A stretch of 64,000 bases of DNA from Octopus vulgaris (Eukaryota): assembly GCA_951406725.2 (NCBI GenBank), contig OX597814.1, forward strand, positions 172,422,001-172,486,000. The letters run 5' to 3'. The notes under the pieces are model-generated. The model saw nothing but the letters and a program-made list of their open reading frames with translations, ran no database searches and was not told the DNA's origin. Made by a program: the position numbers and the translations under genes. Positions 1-13,909 of the stretch are shown in pieces (the stretch's first letter is position 1; each line of letters begins with the position of its first letter).

Positions 1-1112
1 CTCAGCTTATTTGTGTTTAAACTCCTTACAGTTTGCGATTTTTCATTCTCTTCCTATATATATTGTGTTTTTAATGCAGAACGGTTAAAAGTGATTTTAT
101 CTCGGATTAAAACTTCAACAACTTGCTTGTCAACGGTGTATAAACGTTGTATACATAGATAACAATATTAATTTAACACTGATTCACTTGCGTACACTGA
201 TTATTTATTCAGTTCAGCATAAACACATATATTTCGTGTTATGCTTAGAAGCAATACACGGTACCAGAATTTTCAGCTCGAGTCAAATGGAAATGTATTA
301 ACTGAGGAAGGTCTTACGTAAGGGATGAATTTCCTATTTTCTATTATGCAATGATCTTAAATGTAGGTATTAACTGTTTAATCAGAGTCTCAATCTTAAT
401 CGACGTGTTTGATGATCAAATGCATTCTATTAGCAACGAAATATTACAAGTACCTAGGTTTGTCTAAGGTATCCTTTTCTTGAGAGGTTATGATGTGATG
501 CAAGGGTAATATGGTTTTTATTTCTTAGCATGTCGAGCAAAGTGACCCTGACGATGCACTTTTGTAAGTTTCTTCCGTTTCCCGGAACTAGAAATTAGTG
601 GAATCAGTATTTTATTTATTGTCTGTTGTGGAATAAAATGGAATTTAAGAATTCCGTACAGCAGTGACAGAGGTAATGTAATATTTAATTTAATTTTGTA
701 CCCCACCCACATCCCCCTACACTCATTCATTCGATCACCTGCGCATAACATAAACGATGCACACACAGACTCACATGCACCCACATATACCCGTATACAA
801 ATAGAACTTAAATTACCACTTCATTCTACCTGACACGCACACATACAAGTCCTCATCCCCAAACGCTTCCTCTTATACCGCTTTGTGCCCCTTCCTTCTC
901 TCTCTGTCTTTTCTCTCATACTTGCAAACATGCAAATTTTTTCTCTCGTACACGTCTTCCTTTGCCGACACTCCACAAACACAAAATGTCTGTGTGTGTG
1001 TACGTGTCTTTCTCTTTCTCTCTCTCTCTCCCTCTCTCTCTGTTTCATATACAAACACATACGCACACTACTTTGCACATACAAACAGTCTCTTCCTCTT
1101 TCATGCACATTT

Positions 1113-1232
1113 GTAACTTAGCGGCAAAAGACCGATAGAATAAGTACCAGTCTTACAAAGAATAAGCCGAAGGGTCGATTTCTTCGACTTAAATATGGTA
1201 CTCCAGCAATGAATACAGTAAAAGACTAAAAG
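1113..1232 (+). mobile_element. SINE family A, 3' fragment
   Basis: gtaacttagcgg...gaccgatagaataagtac...cttacaaagaataag matches the 3' half of the full copy at 57747-58160. Confidence 0.75.
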
Positions 1233-1244
1233 AATACACAAACA

Positions 1245-1315
<71 letters not shown>

Positions 1316-1472
1316 CTCTTTCTCACACACTCACACACACACATTCGTACTCTCTCACATACATACGCACAATCTCCCACGCACGCACAATTTTTTTCTC
1401 TCACACACACTTACTCCCACGCTCTCTCTCTTTTTCCTCACTCTCACTCTCTTTCTCTATCACACACACGCA

Positions 1473-1508
<36 letters not shown>

Positions 1509-1765
1509 TGCACGCACATTCCTTCTTCCAATTACATATACACACGATCACTCAAGTACATACACAAACGCTCTCTGTTTCTCTCTCTCTATCACCTTTT
1601 CCCGCACACAAAAACATTATCTTTCTCTACTATAATCTCTCTCTCTCTCACTTACACAGAAAAATACACACACTCTCTCTCTTTTCTCTATCTTACTCGA
1701 TTTCTCTTTCTTTCTCTCGCTCCCTCCTTCACGCGTTCTCTCACAAATCAAGGCAAGCAATGTCT

Positions 1766-1804
<39 letters not shown>

Positions 1805-1974
1805 ACCTAAAAATATCAATTCCCCAGCCTTTCACTTTCTTTTTCGAACTCTCTTCTCTCACTCTTCTCTCTCTCTCTCCTTCTCTGACAGACACATATT
1901 CTCTTTCTCTCAATTTGTGAAAACATATCCTTTCTCTTACAACCACACCCCCTGTATTTTTCTTGATACTTGTC

Positions 1975-2031
<57 letters not shown>

Positions 2032-2138
2032 TTTCTCTTCACAAAAGTGACAAGTAGCCCTGCGAAATTTTCAGGTTTACAAATTGAGGAGAAGAGAGAG
2101 AATGAGAGAGAAAGAGAAACACAGAGAGAAAGAAAAAC

Positions 2139-2178
<40 letters not shown>

Positions 2179-2984
2179 CCGGCTAATTATTGTGCCGATG
2201 ATGATGATAACAATAGTGATGATAATAATAATGATGATGATAACGATGATGATGACAATGATGATGATGATAATGATAATGATAACGATGATGATGAGGA
2301 GGACAATGATGATGATAATGATGATGATGATGAGGAAGGATAAACGAAATTAAAATGTGTTGCACGCACACGGCGCGTATTTATAGACAGCATATAATTG
2401 CAGATAGCGGAACACGGGAGAACATTGCAATTAACTCATAGACACTGTGTCTCTGCTGTTGCTGTGTATGTGTGTGCGTATATGTGTGTGGGTGAGTGTG
2501 CGTGCACGAGAGATACAAAGAGAGAGAGAGAGAGAGTGAGAGAAAGTGAAAGAGAAAGTGAAAGTAGAAGAATATGTATGTATATATTTGCGTGGAGTGA
2601 GTGTGTGTACGTGAGGGGGATATATTTTTGAGAGAGTAAATGTATGTGTTAGTGTGCGTGAGACAGAGAAAGTATGTGCGTGTGAGATAGTGTGTGAGTG
2701 TTTGCGTGAGTGTGTGAGTGTTGTGCGTATGTGTGTATGAAGTCGCAAAATTACACATCTCATTCAGATATGTGTAGTTATTAAAATGTCTCTCTCCCTT
2801 TTCCTTTTCCTCCACCCCTGTACCAGTATGCATAATTATTCACATACCCAAACAAATACAAATGCACACACACGCACATCATCGTGTATAATGCTAGATA
2901 ATACCCAGTCACCTATTTTACCTACTTCATCCAAAGAGGAAGAATGTGATTAAGAGGTTGAGAGAAAGAGTACAAAGGCAGAAA

Positions 2985-3074
2985 TGAACATAGGTGAGAA
3001 GAGAGATAGTAAGAGCCAAGTTGAGAGATGAGCATGCATACGTCTGTCTGTCTCTGTCTCTTTCTTTCTTTCTT

Positions 3075-3113
<39 letters not shown>

Positions 3114-3258
3114 CTCACTCTCTTATATATATATATATCACCGTTATCACAGTGACCGACCAGGCTATCAGATGTTGCTACACATCGCTGGTCACAATGC
3201 GCTTCGCATCGTTTTAGCCTTCAAATGACGCCATCCCGCTGGCTAAGCAAGCAGGCCA

Positions 3259-3326
<68 letters not shown>

Positions 3327-3796
3327 AAATGGATAGATGAATTTTCTTGTTACGGATTATTCAAAAGTTTAACCGATACCTGGGTACCAAAAATCACAGC
3401 AGAAAAAACCCGGTTGGAGTTACGACCATAGGGTGTCGCAACCGTGCGTTAGCGCGGATAATTGAAGTTTAATATATTTAGTGAATGGAAGAAATGGAGC
3501 TGAACGAAGATTATACAGAATTCCTTTTATTACATTCTACACAAGTTTCAAAGGCCACAAATTTCCAAATTCGGATTGAATAAGGATACCATTTTGCAGC
3601 TTTCTCTTCAGGAAAATCCAGGAATTAAAATGTCCAAACAAAACAAAAGCGCAGCAAGCAATTCGAACAAAAACGCTCCCTAGGAGCCCATGGAGTGGCA
3701 CAAACTGTCTCTCAATGTACGTTGAACATAGGTGAGAAGAGAGATAGTAAGAGCCAAGTTGAGAGATGAGCATGCATACGTCTGTCTGTCTCTGTC

Positions 3797-3827
<31 letters not shown>

Positions 3828-3874
3828 CTCACTCTCTTATATATATATATCACCGTTATCACAGTGACCGACCA
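2985..3874. repeat. Local direct duplication (2985-3162 and 3723-3874)
   Basis: tgaacataggtgagaagagag...caccgttatcacagtgaccgacca present twice, differing mainly in (TTTC)n length. Confidence 0.9.
3534..3617 (-). ncRNA. Type I hammerhead ribozyme motif, canonical core (PLE-associated)
   Basis: Minus strand: ttc-CTGAAGA-GAAAGC..long loop..GCCTTT-GAAA-CTTGTG-TA-gaa; stems I, II and III present, GUA cleavage triplet. Confidence 0.65.
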
Positions 3875-3890
3875 TGTATATGTATGCGTG

Positions 3891-3965
<75 letters not shown>

Positions 3966-3968
3966 ATG

Positions 3969-4057
<89 letters not shown>

Positions 4058-4062
<5 letters not shown>

Positions 4063-4230
4063 GGTTTGGAGATGATGTACAGCTAATATATATTAGAAGA
4101 AATGAGGTACTCAGAAATCTCGATGGTTTTATATTTACAGATATTTATTAGTATGTTACATGTTTTTATAAATCATATATCACATATCAGCGCTTTCGTC
4201 CACTCTAATGGAGTTTTCAAATTGAGTTTT
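4058..4230 (-). mobile_element. PLE pseudo-LTR-like fragment with decayed hammerhead (4183-4225)
   Basis: Abuts (TA)n; minus strand tTGAAAA-cTCCA-ttagag-TGGAc-GAAA-GCGC-TG with palindromic AGCGCT helix III, but core substituted. Confidence 0.45.
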
Positions 4231-4544
4231 CAAATTTCAAAGTACGAGTGGAATATATATGAAAGAAGGTTTGAAAATGCAATTTTAAAGATGTTTATTC
4301 ACTTGACTGGTTTCACTTTTTTAGAAAAAGATTGTCAAAAGTAAAATGTAAAGCTTTGTATAAGCTTTGTTTTGTTAAGAACTGGTTATCACAAATGTAT
4401 TAAAAAACAGAGATACATTCTTTGATAATAATAAGAAAATGCTAAAAACAGTTTACAAGAAAGTATTTGAGAAAGTAATCAGAATGAGACTCCAAAAAGT
4501 AGAGTTCAATAAAAATAATGTTTGCATGTGTGTTTTTGCGATGT

Positions 4545-4740
4545 TTATTCCTCACTACCGTTTGACGACTGGTGCAGGTTTGTTTGCGTCCCCGTTACTT
4601 GGTGATTTGGCAAAAGAGCTTGACAGCATAAGCACCAGCGTTAAAAACAAGTAATGTGGTCGATTTGTTCGATTAAAACCGTCGAGGCGGTAACCTAGCA
4701 TGACCGCAGTTCAATTACTGGTACACATAAAAGATATAAA
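4545..4740 (+). mobile_element. SINE family A, diverged 3' half
   Basis: ggtttgtttgcgtccccgttacttggtgatttggcaaaagag...gtcgatttgttcga similar to other family A tails. Confidence 0.65.
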
Positions 4741-5176
4741 GAGAGGGGGAATGACGGAGAGAGAAATTCACCATTGTTCACAGAGAAGAGAAGAAGGAAA
4801 TAAAGCGGTATAAAGATTGGAGAGAGAGCGCTCTATAGAGATAGAGCGGTATAAAGTTGGACGTTGGTTGCGACATAGAGAATACTCGTCGTCATAGACC
4901 GAGTTGAACGACGAGGGGAGAGAGAGTAAGAATGAGATAGAGGTGGGAGTTTGAAAAGTTAAATGAAGGAACATGAAAAGTGTAAGAATAACGACGGAAA
5001 GAATTATGTGTCCCAAAATTTGATTGCGCAACTATCCGAAAATAAGGTAAAAGTAAAGCGAAGGAAACTCAAGGATTCAGATGGCAGGTTACTAAAAAAG
5101 GACGCGTGCCTAGAGAATCGTTAGCACACCGGACAAAATGCTTAGCAGCATTATCCGCATAATTGCCTCTATACCT

Positions 5177-5409
5177 ATTTCTTTATTACCCACAAGGGGC
5201 TAAACACAGAGGGGACAAACAAGGACAGACATAGGTATTAAGTCGATTACATCGACCCCAGTGCGTAACTGGTACTTAATTTATCGACCCCGAAAGGATG
5301 AAAGGCAAAGTCGACCTCAGCGGAATTCGAACTCACAACGTAATGCAGACGAAATACCGCTAAGCATTTCGCCCGGCGTGCTAACGTTTCTGCCAGCTCG
5401 CCGCTTTAT
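5177..5409 (-). mobile_element. SINE family B (Meta-domain-like) with 15-bp TSD
   Basis: Reverse complement contains gcctttcatcctttcggggtcgataaattaagtaccag; flanked by attgcctctatacct at 5162-5176 and 5410-5424. Confidence 0.9.
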
Positions 5410-7762
5410 ATTGCCTCTATACCTGCTGTATGTATGTATGTATGTATGTATGTATGTATGTATGTATGTATGTATGTATGTATGTATGTATGTATGTATG
5501 CATGTATGTATGTATGTATGTATGTATGTATGTATGTATGTATGAATGTATGTATGCACATGGGGATATCAATTATGGCAAGGAAACCAGTTGGGTCAGT
5601 CTAAAAGGATTAGTGAAATTCTAAGCAGTTCAATTTCAATATATATTCATGGAAAATATCCGTTATTATATTGAAAAGGAGATTCGAAATTCAAATGTTA
5701 TTCACTGCTGTCCTTTCTTCAATTTACCAACTAACGTTACATCATTAGTTGGTACAGACTGACTTGGCTACGTGACAACACATATACGACGTAAATGATT
5801 ATGAAAGAATTTATTCCGCAAAATGTAAAACATTATTGAAATAAAGATCAATAATTGTATATTGAATTAAATTGATTCAAATTTACTTGGTTGATATTTT
5901 GTTTCTTAATACTGGTTTTTATTTTTTTTTTTTAGCAGGTCGATCAGACATATTTAATGTAACTGTTCGTTTGTGTTTTATGTTATCCTGTAGTGTCCTG
6001 ATATAAGTTTTATTGATTTGTAATAATGTGTGTTAAATACAAAATTTGGCTGTTAGGGAAAATCGTTGGGGCTGGAAATTTGAAGATCAATGGAGATGTA
6101 GAGAGATTATATTCCTCCAGCAATGAGACAAGCTGGGTTCATTAAATAAATATTAACATCTTTTAAGCCGCTGATCATAGCACTGAAACAACATTTCCAG
6201 CAGAGATGAAAATGATTCCTAATTTTCTCGTTCAAGTATGGGAGGATAAAATAAAAGCATTATTAAGATAACTGATGAATTTGAGGAGAGACAGGAAATA
6301 ATAGCCGATAAACCTCTCTCCTACGAAAAGTGGAAAATCGTACTTAACACAACTAAGAAAAAAACTGGATAAGTTTACTGAACAAGTGTGCATGGGTACT
6401 TAAAACGAAAATCACAGATCATAAATGTATTAATCATTGCTAAAAGCTTAATATGGAGAACTGATAAATCTATATTTTACTTTAAAGGTAACCGCTGTAA
6501 TTCAGGAATAAGAAGACTTCTACCGAAAAGGTGTATCAGTTAACAAAAAATGTAGATAATGCAAAATCAAAATTGAATATATTAGCCACTTAATTAACAA
6601 GTGTGAGAAAATATTCGTCAAACACTAACTCCCCATAACGCATGACATACAACCCGAGCAGTTTTGAAGAAAAAATATTAAATAATAATAAACAAGTCGA
6701 TCAAAAGAATATTCCTGGGAACTAAGAATAAAAATGTTAAGAAATTTATAAAAAAAAAGACTTCGACATAATATTGTGGTTTCGGACCACACAGACCAGA
6801 AATATGTTTTGTCTTTGAGGCCATGAAAAATAACGAGACAAAGCATCTATGACTGATACTACAGACCCAGTACTCAATATATTTTTGAATTTATACATAT
6901 AAATACTAGAGCAACAGAATATGTACCAATTCCTTGGAGAAAAGCGTAACGCCATAATTATAAACAAAAGACAATCATGGTATATAAAACAATTATAATC
7001 CGTAAGATCTCAAAATTTGGAGAATGGGTGATGGCGCAATGTGACAACAAACTATTCTTAGACATTTTCTTTAAAATATTGACGTTGGGTAGGTCATAAA
7101 AAACTCTAAAATTAAAAAAATTAATAAAATAAGAGTAAACTTACATATATGTATACAAGCATACATACATACATACATACATACATACATACATACATAC
7201 ATACATACATACATACATACATACAGCTACAAGCCATTAAAAGCACTTTAAAAAATGTTAAACATTGCAGAAGTTTAGCATATAATAAGTGCGTACATTC
7301 ATAAAATATGAGCAAATACAAACATGTATGTATATACAGCCATATATTTATATACAAACATACGTGAAAAATTACAAATCTCTATATATATAAAATACCA
7401 TCCAACCTTGATCTCATGCTTATGTTAGTACATATATACGAACATATATGCTTATCTACACACATACTCACATATACATATACACACACACATCCACATA
7501 TACATGTACATATATTCATAATCAACAACTCCGTTAATGCCAAAATCTCAATGGCCGAACTGTCTCAATGTTAGAGAACCGGGTCTTCCTCCATTCTTTC
7601 ATTGCTGAGCAATTTAGAATACAGAAGCAGAACGTACATGCATATTTACACACATAGAATAACCGTATTAATACGCATGTACACATATCTATTCCTGCAT
7701 ATGCGTGCTTGCTTGCTTACAGCATCGTTTGTTATTGTGTACACATATACACCTTCACATGA

Positions 7763-7824
<62 letters not shown>

Positions 7825-8029
7825 ATACGAGAGTGAGTTGTGTCATGTGGGGAAAATACGTTTCCCTGTGCAAGCGTCGCATATATTGGAAATACTGAAG
7901 CAAGCCAACTTTCAGTAACAAGATGGCTGACTCATAGTCTTCATGGAGACATCTTTTCTCTCCTCACCTTTCTCTTTCTCTGTTTGTCACTCTCTCTCTT
8001 TCTCTCTCTCTCTCTTTCTCTCTCTCTCT

Positions 8030-8063
<34 letters not shown>

Positions 8064-8169
8064 TTCTCTCTTTCTCTCTGTCTCTCTCTCCAAAGAAGGA
8101 GAAGAAGTGAGAAGTAAAGAATCCATAAGAATTACCACTGGAAGCACATACAATTAACAAGAATTGCAT

Positions 8170-8320
8170 CGGCGACCATGCGCAAACTTCGACTCAAGCA
8201 ATTGTCTCAGCATCTTAAAAATTGATAGCTCTTCCGTCATAGAAACAAAATTCATAGAGAATCTAGTTACACTTCCGGTTTTATAACGCGTGCATGCGCC
8301 CACTCCCCACACCCACATCT
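8170..8320. promoter_or_regulatory. Possible promoter-like motif cluster (NRF1-like, ETS, KLF/SP-like)
   Basis: ccatgcgca, acttccggtt, acgcgtgcatgcgccc and ccccacaccc within 150 bp of otherwise CpG-poor DNA; motif match only. Confidence 0.25.
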
Positions 8321-8474
8321 GTAAACACATCGGTTTATATGCATGTACTTACGTAAGAAAATATATGTGTGTGTATGTATGCATGTATGCATATATGTAT
8401 ACATGTGTGTATGCATTTGTTTATGCATGTGTATATATATACATACATACATATTCATACTTACATACATATAC

Positions 8475-8515
<41 letters not shown>

Positions 8516-8679
8516 AGTATGAATATGTATGTGTCCTTAAAACGACTTTCCCCGAGGTTCTCCATCAACTGAAAGTAAAAAGTTACTTTCTCGAATCATG
8601 CCGTGTAAATTCCCCCCCCTAGACGTGACGTTGGTCCGTCGCAGAATAGGATTACTGATTTTTGCCTGCTCAGTGAACT

Positions 8680-8798
8680 ACAGCAACGTGAAATGAAGTG
8701 TTTTGCTTTAGAACACAACACGTCGCCCCGTCGAGGAATCAAAATCACAATCTTATAATCATGAGTCCAACACCCTAACCATTAAGCCACGCGCCTCC
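8680..8798 (-). mobile_element. SINE family C, 5' part
   Basis: Reverse complement ggaggcgcgtggcttaatggttagggtg...gattcctcgac...tgttgtgttct matches heads at 38960 and 59292. Confidence 0.7.
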
Positions 8799-9132
8799 AT
8801 TCTCCTTCAACTTGGGGAACAACTAAAAATCACACAGAACAAAGTCTACACTGTGAGAGACAGTGAGGGACAGTGAGGGACAGTTTTGATGTCCATCTCT
8901 CTCAAGACGTTGCTTACCGGGATAGAACTGTGAGAAGCGGTGTCTTCTAGGGTGTGTTCTAAGTCCTAGAATAATAAAAGTTGGCAGGTCAGCTTATTCG
9001 GTGCATAGTATGATGTACTAATATTACAATAATCTAGGACAGTTTCGAAATTTATAGATTACATTTTGCGCACGCCCACACACACACACACACACACACA
9101 TGTATATGTGTGTGTGTATGTATATGTATGTA

Positions 9133-9669
9133 CGAGCAAAACGCCCTCCGTCCAATGGACGGTGCTGAATCATATCTGCTGAATAAAAAGCAATCAGTGT
9201 TTTCTTTTCATTAAAAAAATAATTAAGCCTGCCTTTATTTCAATAAAATTTTCGGTTTTGTTAAACGAAGTTAAGGCAAAAAAAGGAAGAAAAACTTCTT
9301 GAGAAACCAAATAGTCTTTCCTTCCTTCATGCCAAGTTTGAAGAAAATATCTCTTTTGCATCTTACTTTTCTGGTCTCTAAACTATACTGCATTTTTTGC
9401 CACTATTTCAAGCCAGCAGGCCTTTTTAACGCTAACTACACGTGTATTTTTCTCGCGTACGCGTAGTATCGATCGCAACAGCTGATGTACTTACGCGTAC
9501 AAATGCACGTCCCCACGGCTTTATTCTCACCTGGAATCGATTTTTGTAATTTTTTTCAAGTCTTATACACGCCCTGGTATCTACATATAAAATTTGAGCG
9601 CAATGAGATGGAGGATGCCCGAGATCCGAGAAGACACACAGACAAACAGAACGGATTTTATATAATAGA
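9133..9669 (-). mobile_element. Non-autonomous Helitron (third copy, different family)
   Basis: Minus 5' end A|TCTATTATATAAAATCCGTTCTGTTTGTCTG; subterminal hairpin ccgtcca-a-tggacgg (9148-9162) followed by CTCG|T, a degenerate CTAG end. Confidence 0.6.
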
Positions 9670-9738
9670 TATGCATATATATGTAAATGCGTATGTATAT
9701 AGACAATGTATGAATAAAGGGAGACACAGATGTTTAAG

Positions 9739-9846
<108 letters not shown>

Positions 9847-10273
9847 TGTAAATATATAAAGTAGACACATGCCAAAATAAGTAAACCTATAAATACGTAA
9901 AAATCTACATAGGTGCCTTTTTCGAATGCTCAAAGAAATTTGAACAGAGGCATAAATAAAATGTATGTATTATGTTGCACACTCATACATATACACATAT
10001 ATTCACAAACATATACCTTTGTCGCCATATATATATAATGCGTATGCATCTATGTATGCCTCCATCTACGTTATATGATTGTGAGTGTATGTGTGTAGGT
10101 GTAAATATTTGTGCGAGTCTGTGTGTGTATGTGTATGTGTGTTTGTGCATGTAATGTATATAAAAAAGAGGAAATTTTCCAGATATGGATAGTTGTTTCC
10201 TGTTTCCGTGAATACATATACATATATATATATATAATGGAGAAATTATACAAAATGCATAAATAGATGACGA

Positions 10274-10317
<44 letters not shown>

Positions 10318-10358
10318 ACACACGCTCTAATACATATCTATTTTCTATGAATATACAT

Positions 10359-10423
<65 letters not shown>

Positions 10424-10597
10424 AATACATGCACAGGCATATATATTTATACAAATATATCTATATATGTATGTATTTATAAATGTATATTCGTACCTAT
10501 ATATTAGTGTTATGTGCACACGCATGTTTGTCAGTGTGTGTGAGTGCATGTTTGCACACACACACACACATATATATACACACATATACATATATTC

Positions 10598-10666
<69 letters not shown>

Positions 10667-10974
10667 CACATATATATATACACACATTTTTATATATACA
10701 TAAGCATAGTGATATCTAGCGACGTGAAATTGTGACGACAGAATGCGTTAATTTGTGTATTCCACTCAGTTCCACTCAGTTAGAGTATGTTTAGAAACAG
10801 CCATAAGACAATAGAAGGAGCAAACTCCGATGGAAAGTCAAAAAAATGTTTTCAACAGTCCTGTTTTCATCAACATTCAGCTCAGAAAATGTTGCCAGGC
10901 AAAAGCTAACATTGGTATTAAAAAGAAAAAAAAAATTAAATAAATAGAACAAAAAGCAAATATTATAATGTTGA

Positions 10975-11059
10975 TGATGATGATGATGATGATGAGAAAG
11001 AAGCAGTATTATTATTATTATCATTATTATTATTATTATTATTATTATCATTATTATTA

Positions 11060-11151
<92 letters not shown>

Positions 11152-11153
11152 AT

Positions 11154-11185
<32 letters not shown>
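10975..11185. repeat. Compound (GAT)n/(ATT)n/(AGT)n microsatellite
   Basis: Direct reading. Confidence 0.95.
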
Positions 11186-11351
11186 TAGGAAATAGGGAAG
11201 GGGATTAAGAAGGAAAAATAAGACGTGTGTGAGTTTATGTGTGTATAATCCAATGAAAAGGGAAACAAGTACGTCCGTACAGACAATCACGCACACGCGG
11301 ACACATACTCACAGACGCACACAGAGACTCATATATGCATGTATATATAAA

Positions 11352-11413
<62 letters not shown>

Positions 11414-12486
11414 TATGTGTATGTCTGTACGTATGTATTTTCCTTTCATTGGACATACTCAAATTCACTCATACATGCATGTATATGTGTGTGCGTGCGT
11501 GTGCTTGCGTGTGTTTGTGTGGGTTTGTGTGTGTGTGTGTGAGTGTGTTTGCGTGTGAGTGTGCGTGTGTATGTACATCTGCACTAACGCATGCGCAAAT
11601 TCACAACACGCACTGAGGTATTACCTCTTTGTGGTATTCGTGGTGACAGCAGTGTGTCGGCGGTGGATTTTCATTCTCACAATGGTGATGATGAGGCGTC
11701 GACACTGGTGAAAGTGTAAAGAAATACGGAAAAGAATAAAAAAAAAATACGAAAACAAGTTTTAAATAAAAATGAAAAGAAAAGGCATTGAGATTCGTAG
11801 TGAATGAAGTTTGAATTTTTCAGTCAAATGAAGTAGAAGAATGCTAGAGACGAACGATTTTGAGACTGGTAAAGTTTTGGTGAGAAACAAACACAGAATA
11901 CGATGGGTTGGAAAGAAAGAAAATTCAGAAACGAACAATTAAATATGGTTCTGTTATTGAGAAGAATATCTATTGTGAATGAAATGTTTGTTTGGCTGGA
12001 GAAAATGGGGGAATATTTCATTAAAATTTTAAAATTTAGTTTTCCATCTTTGCATTCAATTACAAAAATCTTGCGTGTGTTTTCTTGTGAAAATGTTGGT
12101 GTTATTGTTTGTGTGTAAGCGTTTGCATACGTGTGCGTGTAGGTATGTTTTTTTGTATATGTGAGGTATGTTTGTATCTTTGTTTAATAATAAATTGTTC
12201 CTTCCCTATTTCTTTCGTCACCTGATTCCTTTGAGTGAGTGTGTCCACGTTAATGTGTGTGTGCGTGTATGTCTGAGAGTTATATATATATAAACTTATA
12301 AATGATTTTATAAACGAAAGAATAAAAGACTAGAGAACACGCCTTGTACAGAATATATCTTATATGTATCTGCATTAAATTATTGACATAAAATTGGAAT
12401 TAGATTTCTACAAAGACGAAGAAAATTCCTTCTGAACTTTTGACTGCTCGACGCATAGTTATTAAAATCATGCATGAATATATATG

Positions 12487-12559
<73 letters not shown>

Positions 12560-12560
<1 letters not shown>

Positions 12561-12890
12561 TGATGGATTCTCTTGTCGTTGACAACAAATGAAGGTTCAG
12601 TAAAATTTAACGTTAATCATATTCTATGGACAAGTGTGTGTCTCTTGAGGCTTGCTGGTACCTTGCAGACCTTTTGGCAAAGGGAAGAAGTCGAGAAATC
12701 AGTTTATTTGGGTGCTTGTGGATCATTTAATATGTGTTTTCCTTAGTGGGCGACAGGGCCTGTTTTGCTGGCATGAAATTGGTCCCGATGCTAGAGTCCA
12801 CTTTGCTCAAATCTTTGAACTGAAGAAAATCAGGAGAAGCAGTAGGTCTTGCGTCCTGATGCTTTGTTTTCCCTGGAAGAAAAGAGGATG
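12560..12890 (-). mobile_element. Decayed RTE-like LINE 3' end with C2H2 zinc-finger remnant
   Basis: Minus translation SLCQKVCKVPASLKRHTLVHR followed by a short 3' UTR ending at (CA)n. Confidence 0.45.
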
Positions 12891-12924
12891 TATACATACG
12901 TACATACAAACATATAATACATAC

Positions 12925-12989
<65 letters not shown>

Positions 12990-13015
12990 GAGAGTAAGAG
13001 TGAGATTAAAGAATG

Positions 13016-13394
13016 ACTTGTTTCAGTCATTTGACTGCAGCCATGCTTGAACACGGCCTTTAGTCGAGCAAATCGATGCAAGGACTTACTCTTTGTAAGC
13101 CTAGCACCTATCCTATCGGTGTCTTTTGCCGAACCGCTAAGTTACGGTGACTTAAAGACACCAGCATCGGTTGTCAAGCGAGGTTGGCGGGACAAATACA
13201 GACACACACACACATTCACCCCGCCACACACACATACATTCTTCTTTCAGTTTCCGTCTTTCAAATCCACTAACAAGTCTTTGATCGACCCGAGGCTATA
13301 GTAGAAGACACTTACCCAAGGTGCCACACAGTGGGACTGAACCCGGAGTCATGTGGTTGGTAAGCAACCTACTTACCACACAGCCACTCCTGTA
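13016..13394 (-). mobile_element. SINE family A (tRNA head, CORE-like ccttgggcaagtgtctt, internal microsatellite)
   Basis: Reverse complement aligns with full copy 57747-58160. Confidence 0.9.
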
Positions 13395-13416
13395 TACATA
13401 CATAATACATACATAT

Positions 13417-13464
<48 letters not shown>

Positions 13465-13470
<6 letters not shown>

Positions 13471-13650
13471 AATTAGAGAAAAACCACTATTATGCAATTC
13501 AAATAATGATAGACATAAACAAAATCATAAAGAAAAAAAAAAATATGTTATAAAACATATAACTAGATCACAAAAAGTACATAATGATAAACAAACAATA
13601 TATAATAAATAAAAAGACTACGTACTATAAGTTTCGAGTCATACTCCCTA
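13465..13650 (-). mobile_element. PLE pseudo-LTR fragment with 3' half of a hammerhead
   Basis: Minus GAG-tatga-CTC-GAAA-CTTATAG-TA; CUGANGA missing; flanked by TA-rich repeats. Confidence 0.5.
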
Positions 13651-13706
13651 ATATTACATATATATGTATGATATATGTATGTATGTATACATATCTATCT
13701 ATCTAC

Positions 13707-13755
<49 letters not shown>

Positions 13756-13758
13756 ATA

Positions 13759-13790
<32 letters not shown>

Positions 13791-13799
13791 CATGCATAT

Positions 13800-13848
<49 letters not shown>

Positions 13849-13851
13849 TAT

Positions 13852-13909
<58 letters not shown>

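Noticed and set aside
296-345. CTGAGGA followed by a cttac/gtaag palindrome
   Set aside because: No GAAA in register and no helix I or III
6060-7070. Purine-rich stretch resembling a decayed LINE
   Set aside because: No diagnostic motif could be reconstructed by eye
11600-11710. tgaggta (let-7-like seed), C-box-like gtgatga and a weak hairpin
   Set aside because: The rest does not match let-7, and there is no D box or proper pre-miRNA stem
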